NCBI GenBank assembly: GCA_947589475.1
Contig: CANQBO010000003.1
Coordinates: 2,837 to 66,836, forward strand
DNA length: 64,000 nt
Source: an uncultured Clostridia bacterium
GTDB taxonomy: Bacteria; Bacillota; Clostridia; Christensenellales; CAG-917
Direction: 5' to 3'
In this document: one piece after another, positions 1-9,514 of the stretch
Layout: the number at the start of each line of letters is the position of its first letter
Position numbering within the stretch: position 1 is the first letter of the stretch
The notes under the pieces: model-generated
Seen by the model: the letters and a program-made list of their open reading frames with translations, nothing else
The model's database searches: none
What the model was told of the DNA's origin: nothing
Program-made: the position numbers and the translations under genes

Positions 1-1
1 G

Positions 2-1717
2 TTGGATATAAGCGGCGCGACGGTTACGATAGCCGACAAATATAACTATATCGGCACGCAGATCGAGCCTGATATAAGAGTCGTATGCAAAGGCCATGAA
101 TTAAAGCTAAACGGCGATTACACTTTCAAATGTCAAAACAACACGAATGTCGGCACCGCGTCTATAATCATAACAGGTCAAGGCGGTTATTTCGGAAGTA
201 TAACAAAGAAATTTGAAATAAGAAAGGCAAAGTGGCCGAACGATCGACCCAATAGCGTAATTTATGTCGAGGAAAACATAAAGAACTTAAATCAAATTCC
301 GCTCAATTGTTCGGGGTGGATGTGGCAAGCAGAGGCGGATATAACAAGCGATGCTTTTCAAGCTACGGCAGTTTATGTCGGGAAGGACATGAACAATTTT
401 GTCAACACAAAGATGACCGTCACGATCATCAGGGGAAGTAAACCCGAACAAAAGGACATTGCTTCCATCGCGGAGTTGAGGCTTGAGAGGGACTCGTTTA
501 AGTACGACGGGCAGAGCAAAATGCCGAGCGTTGTCGCCGTAGACGGGGAAGAGGTCCTTTTGGAAGGCAAAGATTTTGAAGTAGAATATAAAAACAACGT
601 CAATGCGGGGCAAGCGAGCGTAATCGTAAAAGGCAAAAACGGGTATGTCGGCAGTAAGACGCTTTATTTTACAATAAATAAAGCAGACCGAACCGATTTC
701 AAAGTTGCACAACAAGGGTGGACTTATGGCGAATCGGCCTTGGAGCCGAGCATAGAAGGGCAAATCGAAGCGGCAAATGTGACTTATTCATATTCGGATG
801 CGGAAGACGGCGTTTTCACGGCAAACAAGCCGACAAAAGCGGGCGCTTATTGGATAAAAGCGACGATAGACGAGTCGCAAAATTATAACTCTGCCGAGGC
901 AAAGGCGCGGTTTATTATAGGAAAGGCGGATCATCCCGCCCTTATGCCCGACAGAGAAATGACGATCGGCAGAAAAATAAAGACTTTGCAGGCGGTCGCG
1001 CTTTCCGTCGCGGGTTGGGAGTGGGAAGATCCGCTCATCGAAATAGATGCTGAAACCATCAAAGCGCGGGCGGTCTATTTTGACAAAGAAAACTATGAGA
1101 ACTACAGCGTCGAGATCACATTGACAAAAGAGGAGCCTAAAGACGTCTCGAAGTTGAGCGTTTATATTGAAGGGGAAACTTATGTTTATGATGGAAAAGA
1201 AAAAACTCCTCAAATTATCGTTGAGGACGGCGAAAAGACGCTCATTCCGGGAGAGGACTTTGACGTTTTATACCAAAACAACAAGTTTGCGGGTCGGGGC
1301 AAGGCGGTCGTGACATGCAAAAATGATTATAAAGGGACAAAAGAGTTGGAGTTTACGATTTTGCAGGCGGAAAAGCCGAGCGTAAATACCACGATCCATT
1401 GCGACAAAACAGCCGCAAAATTGTCCGATATTCCTCTTCCGTACGGATTTGTTTGGGAAGATGATGATGTGGAGATTTTAGGGGATAGAATGATTGCAAA
1501 AGCCGTTTATAAGGGCGAAGACGCAAGCAGTTATAAAACCGTCGAACTTACTTTTGAAATTGTCATTGACGGGGAGCAACAGCCGATTTTGACAGCCGAT
1601 ACGGGGGAAGGAAACTTGATTTGGGCGGCGATATTTGTCCCCGTTGCGGTTTTGTTGACCGCAGGGATAGGAATTGCGATATTTGTTTATAGGCGCAAAA
1701 AAAATCATAGGAAATAA
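2..1717 (+). CDS. Cell-surface repeat protein (5' end outside window) with C-terminal single-pass membrane anchor
   Basis: The frame is open from the window edge. Three internal repeats of about 190 aa each end in a conserved Ig/MBG-like unit: DYTFKCQNNTNVGTASIIITGQGGYFGSITKKFEIRKA, DFEVEYKNNVNAGQASVIVKGKNGYVGSKTLYFTINKA and DFDVLYQNNKFAGRGKAVVTCKNDYKGTKELEFTILQA. The C-terminus has a hydrophobic helix LIWAAIFVPVAVLLTAGIGIAIFVY followed by RRKKNHRK. Confidence 0.85.
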   Translation: MDISGATVTIADKYNYIGTQIEPDIRVVCKGHELKLNGDYTFKCQNNTNVGTASIIITGQGGYFGSITKKFEIRKAKWPNDRPNSVIYVEENIKNLNQIPLNCSGWMWQAEADITSDAFQATAVYVGKDMNNFVNTKMTVTIIRGSKPEQKDIASIAELRLERDSFKYDGQSKMPSVVAVDGEEVLLEGKDFEVEYKNNVNAGQASVIVKGKNGYVGSKTLYFTINKADRTDFKVAQQGWTYGESALEPSIEGQIEAANVTYSYSDAEDGVFTANKPTKAGAYWIKATIDESQNYNSAEAKARFIIGKADHPALMPDREMTIGRKIKTLQAVALSVAGWEWEDPLIEIDAETIKARAVYFDKENYENYSVEITLTKEEPKDVSKLSVYIEGETYVYDGKEKTPQIIVEDGEKTLIPGEDFDVLYQNNKFAGRGKAVVTCKNDYKGTKELEFTILQAEKPSVNTTIHCDKTAAKLSDIPLPYGFVWEDDDVEILGDRMIAKAVYKGEDASSYKTVELTFEIVIDGEQQPILTADTGEGNLIWAAIFVPVAVLLTAGIGIAIFVYRRKKNHRK

Positions 1718-1962
1718 ATAAAAACGATTTTGGAAATATATCGACAAAATATATAAATGTTTGGCAGATGTACGACGTTTCTCAATGTAAAAATTCAACA
1801 TAAAATGCAAAGTTCTTTCCTTTGCACAAAATTTTAATTCTACGCGCTTTTTCAATGTCCCGATGAGATATTTACAATTGAAAATTACTTAGAGAAAGTG
1901 TATACTGAAAAAAGAAATTATCTTAGAAAAATTTATTATATTTGAAAAATTTTGGAGGGGAA

Positions 1963-3135
1963 ATGGCTTATTTGAAAGTGTTGAACGTAGGACAGGGGGA
2001 CTGCATGACAATACGTCCGCCTGAAAGTTGCGAATTTAAAAACGAATTGTTGTATGTCGATCTGGGCAACGGACTCTCGGACATTTCGCGGGAAGCGCTC
2101 GTATATGACAACATCCGAGTGATTTTGACGCACAGCCATAGGGATCACATTTTGGGAATTGTCCATCTTCTGCCGTATATGAGGCAAGTGCGAGAGGTCG
2201 TTCTGCCTTATTGCGTCAACGAGATTTGGCTCATCGCGAAAGCCGTCATGAATTTAAAGGGCATGAGATCCGCCTATGGTTGCGATGATTTGTTGCATGA
2301 GTTGCAGGACATGGACTTTATGCAACGGCTTTTGAAGTGCGTTTTGGGTTCGGACAATATCAAAGTGACGTTTGCGCATGAAGGATCTAAGCTTTGCGAT
2401 CATATACGGTTTTTGAATCCTCCGCTTCATGACGTCAAACCCGAATTGCTTTACGGCGATTTAAAAATGAGGGAAGACGAATTTTATGACCTGTTTGAGG
2501 AGAAATTTGCCGAAGAGCTGTCATATTATGTGCGAGCTGTGCGCGAGCAAAGGGAAAACTATTTATCGGATAATGGTTTCAATCGATATTTTATAAAAGG
2601 CGATAGAGAAAATGAGAACGCGGCACAAATGAGACGGGCAGGTTGCGAGATCGTTTTGGAGTTTATAAATAAAAACCGCAAAAAATTGAGCGCTTTTAAC
2701 AACGATCCCGGTCGAAGCAATTTGAAACCTGTCATGGAAAATTACAAAATGAAGGTTCACGACGCATGTTTGGTCATGACGCTTGAAAACAACGGCACAA
2801 CTTATCTCTTGAGCGGTGACGCAAGCAAGAATGTATTTTACAGATTGCACAAAAACGGGAATCTTCCGCACGCCGATATTTTCAAAGTGCCGCACCATGG
2901 CAGTAAAAATAATCTCGACGAGAAAATTTTAGGCTATGTCGACCCCCGTATTGCCGTCATATCGCACGGCAACGGAAAATTCGGTAGGGCAAGAGATACG
3001 CATCCCAACAAGGAAGTGATAGACTTGCTTGAGAGCAAACATATTGAGATTTTTGTCACAAACGACGTGATAAAGGGCGGCGTAACGGTTTTTGAAAAAA
3101 AGAAATATGCTACATACAATCTTGAGATAGAATAA
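1963..3135 (+). CDS. Stand-alone MBL-fold metallo-hydrolase of the ComEC/Rec2 beta-lactamase-domain type
   Basis: ATG at 1963 is preceded by GGAGGGG (1954-1960); the ORF-track TTG at 1942 is less likely. Motifs: KVLNVGQGDCMTI, HxHxDH (THSHRDHILG) and VPHHGSKNN. There are no membrane segments. A non-conserved insert of about 180 aa sits between the metal-binding motifs. Confidence 0.8.
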   Translation: MAYLKVLNVGQGDCMTIRPPESCEFKNELLYVDLGNGLSDISREALVYDNIRVILTHSHRDHILGIVHLLPYMRQVREVVLPYCVNEIWLIAKAVMNLKGMRSAYGCDDLLHELQDMDFMQRLLKCVLGSDNIKVTFAHEGSKLCDHIRFLNPPLHDVKPELLYGDLKMREDEFYDLFEEKFAEELSYYVRAVREQRENYLSDNGFNRYFIKGDRENENAAQMRRAGCEIVLEFINKNRKKLSAFNNDPGRSNLKPVMENYKMKVHDACLVMTLENNGTTYLLSGDASKNVFYRLHKNGNLPHADIFKVPHHGSKNNLDEKILGYVDPRIAVISHGNGKFGRARDTHPNKEVIDLLESKHIEIFVTNDVIKGGVTVFEKKKYATYNLEIE

Positions 3136-3254
3136 ACTTTTATGTCATTTACATTGCGCTTTTGTAAAATTAAAAAAGAACGACAAGATGTCCCTTGCCG
3201 CTCTTTTTCTCATATGCCTATGTCGTCATATAATAACGCTCTAAGCCGAGACGC

Positions 3255-4892
3255 CTATTGCAAGCGGTTCCATTTTTTGATTTGCTTTATCAGATTTTCG
3301 ATTTGCTGTTTTAAGTCCAAAACGGCGAGGTCGCTTTTTTCTATAAATTCCGCAATATTATTTGCAAATGCGACTTTATGATTTGCGAAATTGTCATCTT
3401 GCGACTTGATGTATGTCGGAAACAGTTCATATTGTCCTATTTGAGGCAAATTTGCGGAGAACAGTTTGTTGACGGAGCTTGACGTGAGATAATTTTCTAT
3501 CTCTTTTCCTTTTGTTATCCAACACATCAAGCCGTTGTTCTCGAATTCGGTCTTTATTCTTGTTTTGGTATCGGATATTGAACCTGTTCTCGATTTTTTG
3601 TCGCTGTCTATAACTATTGCGGAATTTCGGTTTGTGAGCAATATATTGATAAGGTCTTTTTCGTCGTTTGTTGAATAATGAGAGAGCAATTTGCCTCCGT
3701 AATACACAAATTGATAGTGCTCGTTTTCTTTTATACTTGCGTCTACAAGGTCCAGCCACCGTTTTATGTATACTCTATCGGACGGTCCCTCCACCCAAAT
3801 TATCCCGTTTGATTGCAACAGGTCGCTTGCTCTCACGTCAAGATCGTCCAATATTTCTATCTTATCCAAATAATTTTCGATTTTTTTGATTGTGGATATG
3901 CCGCGTTGTTTTTCCACATGATAGATATTTGCGAATTCTTTATTGAAAAAACAATTTATAGCGACGTGCGAATGAGAGGAGAGAAACACCGTCAGATCAT
4001 TTTTTATAGCAAAATCATATATAAATTCAAAGAGTCGCCGTTGCAGTGCGGGGTGAAGGTTGTTTTCCAATTCTTCAAAAAGGAAGGTCGTCGAATAGCT
4101 CTCTTTTTGACACACTATAAGATCGATCAAGACGAGCAGAATGGTTTTTAATCCGCTCCCCATGTCCGAAAGGGGGTACCTATTTCCGTTTTCTGTCAAA
4201 AAGATCTCCCACTTGTCCTCGCCCGTACGATTTTCTATCTGCTGGACTTTGATGTTGTCAAAGTGTGCGTCCTCGCCTAGTATTGCGTTAAAAGCCTCGA
4301 GCAACTGTTTTTCTACGACGCTCTCGTCCTTTTTGCTGTTGTTAAGATAATTTTCTATGATAGACGTCGCTCCGTCGCCGTTGGACGAAACGACCACGCC
4401 CGCCGAATACTCTGGCTGTATATCTCTTTCTGCGTCGATAATTCTGACGTTTGACGGAAGAGAGTAGTAGAGATCGTTTGCTACATTCAAAAACAGCTGT
4501 CGCGCATGCGCGTTTTCAATTTCGCAAGGGGAAAGCAGTCGGGACGGGGCGAGAGAGTCGCCGTGCTGTTGCGTAGACAGGGTATATTTGATCTCGTCGT
4601 CAACGAAGCTTGAACCGTATTCAAATAAATTTTGCGAATTTCTGTAGTATTCGTTTGGAGCGAAACATTTTGAAACGGCTTCTCGAGTAATTTTTTGTTT
4701 TACGGTGATCTCTTTGGGGAATGGATCAGCCTCTTTTTTCTTGTTCAGCACATAGTATACGACTTGCAGTACGGTCGATTTGCCGCTGTTGTTTTTGCCT
4801 ATTATCAAATTGACGTTTTTTATGTTTTCGATTTTCGCCTCATTCTCAAACGATTTGTATCCGCTGAAAGAAATATCCATCAAATTGTACAT
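3255..4892 (-). CDS. ABC-type ATPase fused to a Toprim/DUF4435-like domain (OLD-family nuclease architecture)
   Basis: Walker A GKNNSGKST (aa 32-40), signature-like LSDMGSGLKT, Walker B TFLFEELENNLHP and H-loop SSHS. The C-terminal part has IIWVEGPSDRVYIKRW and AIVIDSDKK, which fit the Toprim E...DxD pattern. The coding sequence is AT-rich. Confidence 0.75.
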   Translation of the reverse strand: MYNLMDISFSGYKSFENEAKIENIKNVNLIIGKNNSGKSTVLQVVYYVLNKKKEADPFPKEITVKQKITREAVSKCFAPNEYYRNSQNLFEYGSSFVDDEIKYTLSTQQHGDSLAPSRLLSPCEIENAHARQLFLNVANDLYYSLPSNVRIIDAERDIQPEYSAGVVVSSNGDGATSIIENYLNNSKKDESVVEKQLLEAFNAILGEDAHFDNIKVQQIENRTGEDKWEIFLTENGNRYPLSDMGSGLKTILLVLIDLIVCQKESYSTTFLFEELENNLHPALQRRLFEFIYDFAIKNDLTVFLSSHSHVAINCFFNKEFANIYHVEKQRGISTIKKIENYLDKIEILDDLDVRASDLLQSNGIIWVEGPSDRVYIKRWLDLVDASIKENEHYQFVYYGGKLLSHYSTNDEKDLINILLTNRNSAIVIDSDKKSRTGSISDTKTRIKTEFENNGLMCWITKGKEIENYLTSSSVNKLFSANLPQIGQYELFPTYIKSQDDNFANHKVAFANNIAEFIEKSDLAVLDLKQQIENLIKQIKKWNRLQ

Positions 4893-5272
4893 ACTCTTAT
4901 CCTCTTAATGCGAAACTATATTGATTATAAAACACAATATTTGTTTTTTCAAGATTGTTCGCGTTTGGATGTCAACATTTTTGGTCGCTTACGATCGTTT
5001 GTTGTTTTTGAAGAGTCTAAAAAATAGTAAATGTATAAGAACATATTTTCCCTAATTATGGGGAATATCGAAAGCCTATAGGCGCGCTCGACATTGATTT
5101 TTTTGTCGTTTGAATTTTGCGTTTGTCAAAATGCTTATATATCTGTTTATAAGGGATTTTTTTGCGTGTACAAAGTTGGCGCGGGCTGTATTTCCATATC
5201 GCGAATTCCGCATATGAGAAAAGCATGTGTGCACTTCGGGCGCGCCGCCGTTTTTTGTTTTGCGGCATTCTG

Positions 5273-5302
5273 TTGACAGAGGCGGCGGGGATAACTTATA
5301 AT
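5273..5302 (+). promoter_or_regulatory. Sigma-A-type promoter for the rhodanese/TtcA gene
   Basis: TTGACA (5273-5278), an 18-nt spacer, then TATAAT (5297-5302), about 35 nt upstream of the ATG at 5338. Confidence 0.5.
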
Positions 5303-5337
5303 TTTGACGATAGAGATTGGAAACAGCGGAGATTTGT

Positions 5338-6498
5338 ATGAGGATAAGCGTAGAGGAGCTGTCTCGTCGAGAGGCGGACAAATACATGGTGCTGGACGTG
5401 CGCGACGAGGACGCGTTTGAGTGCGGGCACATACCGGGCGCGGTCAACGTGCCTGCTGAGCGGCTTGCGACGGCGGACGGAGGCGCAGATGGTGGCGCTA
5501 CGGCGGCGATATTGCCGCGAGACAAGGAAATATTCGTGTGCTGTGCGAAGGGGCTTATCAGCGAGGACATCGCGGAGGAACTGTGCGCGCAGGGCTATGC
5601 GGCATACAGCATAGAGGGCGGCTATGCGGAGTGGCTCAGGCTACACATAGGCGACATGCTGTCCGATACGGCGGAACAGGTTGAGGCGGGGCTTCGTCGC
5701 GGCGCGTTTGCGCGCAAGCTTTTCGGCAAATTCGGCAAGGCGATCGCCACATACGAACTCGTGCAACCGGGGGATAAAATCGCGGTATGCATATCGGGCG
5801 GCAAGGACTCCATGCTTATGGCGAAGCTGTTTCAGGAGCTGAAGCGGCGTAACAAATTTCCTTTCGAGCTTGTATTTTTGGTTATGGACCCCGGCTACAG
5901 CAAGGAAAATCGCGAGATAATCGAGCGCAACGCCCGCGTGCTGAACATCCCCATCACGATATTCGAGTCGAACATATTCGAAAACGTCTACAACATCGAC
6001 AAGTCGCCGTGCTATGTGTGCGCGCGCATGCGTAGGGGCTATTTGTACAGCAAGGCGCAAGAGCTTGGTTGCAACAAGATCGCCCTCGGACACCACTACG
6101 ACGACGTCATCGAGACCACGCTTATGGGCATGCTGTTCGGCGGACAGATGCAGACTATGATGCCGAAGCTCCGCAGTCAAAACTTCGAGGGTATGCAGCT
6201 TATCCGCCCCATGTACCTGATACGCGAGGACGACATTAAGGCGTGGCGGGACTTCTATCATCTCGGTTTCATTCAATGCGCGTGCAGATTTACGGACACT
6301 TGCACCTCGGAGGCGTGCAAGACGTCGAATACAGGCTCCAAAAGGCGGCAGACGAAGGAGCTTATCCGCGCGCTCAAAAAGACGAATCCGCAGGTGGAGC
6401 AGAATATCTTCAGCAGTGCGGAAAACGTCCACCTCGCCACCATTCTCGCCTACAAGGACCGTCAGGGCGTAAAGCACACTTTCCTAGACGAGTATTAA
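5338..6498 (+). CDS. ttcA: Rhodanese domain fused to a PP-loop ATPase of the TtcA (tRNA 2-thiocytidine) family
   Basis: ATG at 5338 follows GCGGAG. The N-terminus (MVLDVRDEDAFECGHIPGAVNVP ... VCCAKG) is rhodanese-like. The PP-loop is VCISGGKDSMLM. Cys motifs are CYVCARMRRG and CACRFTDTC. Confidence 0.8.
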   Translation: MRISVEELSRREADKYMVLDVRDEDAFECGHIPGAVNVPAERLATADGGADGGATAAILPRDKEIFVCCAKGLISEDIAEELCAQGYAAYSIEGGYAEWLRLHIGDMLSDTAEQVEAGLRRGAFARKLFGKFGKAIATYELVQPGDKIAVCISGGKDSMLMAKLFQELKRRNKFPFELVFLVMDPGYSKENREIIERNARVLNIPITIFESNIFENVYNIDKSPCYVCARMRRGYLYSKAQELGCNKIALGHHYDDVIETTLMGMLFGGQMQTMMPKLRSQNFEGMQLIRPMYLIREDDIKAWRDFYHLGFIQCACRFTDTCTSEACKTSNTGSKRRQTKELIRALKKTNPQVEQNIFSSAENVHLATILAYKDRQGVKHTFLDEY

Positions 6499-6890
6499 AG
6501 GTCATATTATCTCGCCGCGCCTCCGCGACGCTTTTTATCGTTTTGCGCCTGTCAAGAGAAGCTTTATATGCGGAGAGATCTCAAATTTCCGTATAACAAA
6601 AGCCGTTGAAAAAACGCGCTTGTCTTTCCGATCGGTAGAAAATTTGCATTTTGTATGGCGTGCATGCGGCAAAAGTCATGAGTATAGTAAGGCACCTTTA
6701 TAGGTTTGACGGATACATCAACGCTTGTTTTGGTCGATTTCGGATATTTCCGCGCGATATTGCTTCTTAAGAGGGTGTGATTTTTGCAGTGGTATTATAA
6801 GCGACCGTATATATAAAACGCTCAAAAATTTAGTTGCGAATTTTATTGATATCGGCGGGTGGATGGGATATAATTTTAAAGGAGGGAAGT

Positions 6891-8126
6891 ATGAAAAGCT
6901 TACGCGAACTTTACAAGATCGGACGCGGGCCGTCAAGCTCGCACACGATAGGGCCGGAGCGTGCGTGCCTAAAATTCGAGGCGCTCACTCCGTCCGCGGC
7001 GAGGTATAAAGCGGTGCTGTTCGGCTCGCTTGCAAAGACGGGAAGGGGACATTGCACGGACAAAGTTATCGAAAAGACGTTTACGAAGCCCGTCGAGGTG
7101 GTTTTTGATTGCGATACGCCCGTAGACCATCCAAACACGATGGATCTGTACGCATTTGACGAGGCGGGGCGAGAGTTGAAAACTTGCCGAGTGCTGTCCA
7201 TAGGCGGCGGCGCCATAGCTATGGAGGGCGTGCCTTTCGACAAGCCCGCAGAGATCTATCCGCACAACTCTTTTGAGGAGATAAAAAACTATTGCGACTC
7301 TGAGGGTATAGGTCTGCCCGAGTACGTCGAGCGTTTCGAGGGCAAGGAGATACGCGAATACCTGCGCGAGATATGGGAGGCGATGCAAAACTCCGCGTAC
7401 AAAGGGCTGAAGAAAGAGGGCACTCTCCCGGGCGGACTGATGACCCAGCGCAGGGCTAAGTTGCTCTTTGACCAGACGATAGAGGATGAAGAACCCGAGG
7501 ACCGCGAAAATCGCCTCGTATGTGCCTACGCCTACGCCGTTTCGGAGCAGAATTCGGACGGAGGCAGAGTGGTTACGGCGCCTACGTGCGGCTCCTGCGG
7601 CATAGTGCCCGCGGTGCTGATGTACGAGCAGGTCAAGCATGGCTACAAGCTTGACGAGATCATAGACGCGCTCGCGACGGGCGGAATTATAGGCAATATA
7701 GTCAAGACAAACGCGTCAATAAGCGGCGCGGAGTGCGGCTGTCAGGCGGAGTGCGGCACGGCTTGCAGTATGGCGGCAGCGGCGGCGGCTCAGCTCAAAA
7801 AAATGTCCCTCGACGAGATAGAGTACGCGGCGGAAGTCGCGATGGAGCACCATCTCGGACTCACTTGCGACCCCGTGGACGGTCTTGTGCAGATCCCTTG
7901 CATCGAGCGCAACGCAGTGGCGGCAATGCGCGCGATAGACGCCGTGTCGCTTGCGACATTCCTTTCGGGATCGAGGCAAATATCCTTTGACGCCGTCGTC
8001 TACACCATGAAAGAGACGGGCAGGGACATGAACTCCAACTACCGCGAGACCGCGGCGGGCGGCCTCGCCAGCGTCTACGCGCTCTCCCGCCTCTCAAAGA
8101 AGCGGAAACCTCCGAAGAACGAGTGA
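6891..8126 (+). CDS. sdaA: Iron-sulfur-dependent L-serine dehydratase (single-chain)
   Basis: ATG at 6891 follows GGAGGG. The N-terminal motif is LYKIGRGPSSSHTIGP. Cys ligands are in APTCGSCGIVPA and AECGCQAECG. Confidence 0.9.
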   Translation: MKSLRELYKIGRGPSSSHTIGPERACLKFEALTPSAARYKAVLFGSLAKTGRGHCTDKVIEKTFTKPVEVVFDCDTPVDHPNTMDLYAFDEAGRELKTCRVLSIGGGAIAMEGVPFDKPAEIYPHNSFEEIKNYCDSEGIGLPEYVERFEGKEIREYLREIWEAMQNSAYKGLKKEGTLPGGLMTQRRAKLLFDQTIEDEEPEDRENRLVCAYAYAVSEQNSDGGRVVTAPTCGSCGIVPAVLMYEQVKHGYKLDEIIDALATGGIIGNIVKTNASISGAECGCQAECGTACSMAAAAAAQLKKMSLDEIEYAAEVAMEHHLGLTCDPVDGLVQIPCIERNAVAAMRAIDAVSLATFLSGSRQISFDAVVYTMKETGRDMNSNYRETAAGGLASVYALSRLSKKRKPPKNE

Positions 8127-8160
8127 TTTTTTGACAATTATTATAGCAATACACGGACTT

Positions 8161-8205
8161 TATACATACAGATACGGCAGTTAAACTGCCGTATCTGTAT
8201 GTATA
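8161..8205. terminator. 45-nt perfect palindrome between convergent sdaA and the lipid kinase gene (hairpin without U-tract)
   Basis: TATACATACAGATACGGCAGTT-A-AACTGCCGTATCTGTATGTATA has 22-nt arms. It lies between two convergent stop codons. There is no flanking T-run on either strand. Confidence 0.4.
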
Positions 8206-8288
8206 ACGCACATCTGCGCAAGTTGTATATCGCGTGGCGGCACGGTAGTGTAAAACCGAATTTTTTATCATTGAAAAAGTCGACGACG

Positions 8289-9143
8289 TCAAAGCAGATA
8301 GGTTTTGATCATAAACGGAGGCGGGACGCATTGCACATTCAGCTTTTGGTCTAACACGAAAAGTTCGCCGTCCATATCGAAGGGCGTTTTGTCTTTCAGC
8401 ACGATCTCAAAGTCGCGAACAGGCAAGAACATCATTTTCTTTTTGAAATACGGTTTGGAAAATCCGATGAAAAAAGCCCTGAAGAAGGGGAAAAACATCT
8501 CGATCTTGCCTAAAAGACCGCGATGTTTTGGCGTTTTGATGAGCAACAGGTGCATCGTCTCGCTTTGAGGATCGAAAAGTTTGTTGAATCGAAATTTGAA
8601 ACAGGTGGATGAGTTTATTGTCATCAGCAAGGTGAAAGGACCTTCGATGACGCGTCCGTCCGCGCTGACTTTCGCATGTATTTCCCAAATTTTGTATTCG
8701 GACACGACTTGTTTAAAATATGCAAATGCGCCGAGGCGTTTTTTTGACGCAGGTTCGACTTTGTAGCCGAGCGGAGTAAAACTCCCTGCGGCGCACACAT
8801 AAGAAAAATAGGTCTTGCCTATTTTACCGACTTTTGTAAGGTTGTCCCGTGAGCGCTTTTTCAAGTAGTCTGCCGTTTCATTGAGCGTGCCGCACGGGAC
8901 GTAAAATACTTCGGCGGAGCTTGAAATACGACAGTTCAGCACGCCGTTTAAGGTGCCGTCCCCTCCGCATGCGACTATTCTGTCATAAGACGACAGGTCG
9001 TCAAGCGTCGTTTTTTCCTTAATATAGATAAAGTCGCACTCAAAGCCTTTGCCGAGTGCGGTCTCAAGTGCGGTCGGATCCGCTCTGTCGCCGCGTCCCG
9101 ACATAAGGTTTACTATAAAAACGCATTTTTTTGAGTCCGACAT
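8289..9143 (-). CDS. Diacylglycerol/lipid kinase family protein (YegS/DagK-like)
   Basis: N-terminal VFIVNLMSGRG and the catalytic-domain motif ACGGDGTLNGVLN. Confidence 0.85.
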   Translation of the reverse strand: MSDSKKCVFIVNLMSGRGDRADPTALETALGKGFECDFIYIKEKTTLDDLSSYDRIVACGGDGTLNGVLNCRISSSAEVFYVPCGTLNETADYLKKRSRDNLTKVGKIGKTYFSYVCAAGSFTPLGYKVEPASKKRLGAFAYFKQVVSEYKIWEIHAKVSADGRVIEGPFTLLMTINSSTCFKFRFNKLFDPQSETMHLLLIKTPKHRGLLGKIEMFFPFFRAFFIGFSKPYFKKKMMFLPVRDFEIVLKDKTPFDMDGELFVLDQKLNVQCVPPPFMIKTYLL

Positions 9144-9213
9144 TTTTTCGGAAAATATTTTCCTCCGTTTATTCTCTCATTAAACGGAGGATAACGTAAC
9201 GATTTCAGAAGTT

Positions 9214-9453
9214 TCAAGCTTCTTGTGAAAAAACCATCATATAGTAATAGATGATGTCTCCCGGTTTCCCGAAGAGTTTGCCAAAACAGCCGGGCTTGAT
9301 AAGTATGGGCATATCATACATATTTTCGAATTTCCATCCGCCGGCGGCTTCTTTTTGTATAACTTGCGCAACGGGAGCCATGATCTCGTTTGCGGTCTGT
9401 TTCTTTTTGCCTACCAACATCGAGTCGAGTGCAACGGTTTTGTATCTGAGCAT
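9214..9453 (-). CDS. Small hypothetical protein (79 aa; possibly DUF4177-like)
   Basis: AAGGAGG sits 7 nt upstream of the ATG at 9453, so the ORF-track start at 9486 lies upstream of the RBS. The sequence MLRYKTVAL...GGWKFENMY loosely resembles the DUF4177 pattern. Confidence 0.6.
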   Translation of the reverse strand: MLRYKTVALDSMLVGKKKQTANEIMAPVAQVIQKEAAGGWKFENMYDMPILIKPGCFGKLFGKPGDIIYYYMMVFSQEA

Positions 9454-9514
9454 GACTTTTCCTCCTTTTTGAAATTTTTTATTCACAAATATACCCGAGA
9501 GAACGGTATATATG

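Noticed and set aside
3255-4892. Calling the ATPase-Toprim gene GajA of a Gabija system
   Set aside because: Gabija requires an adjacent UvrD-like GajB helicase, and none is present on either side. The gene is reported only as a solitary OLD-family/PARIS-fusion-like candidate.
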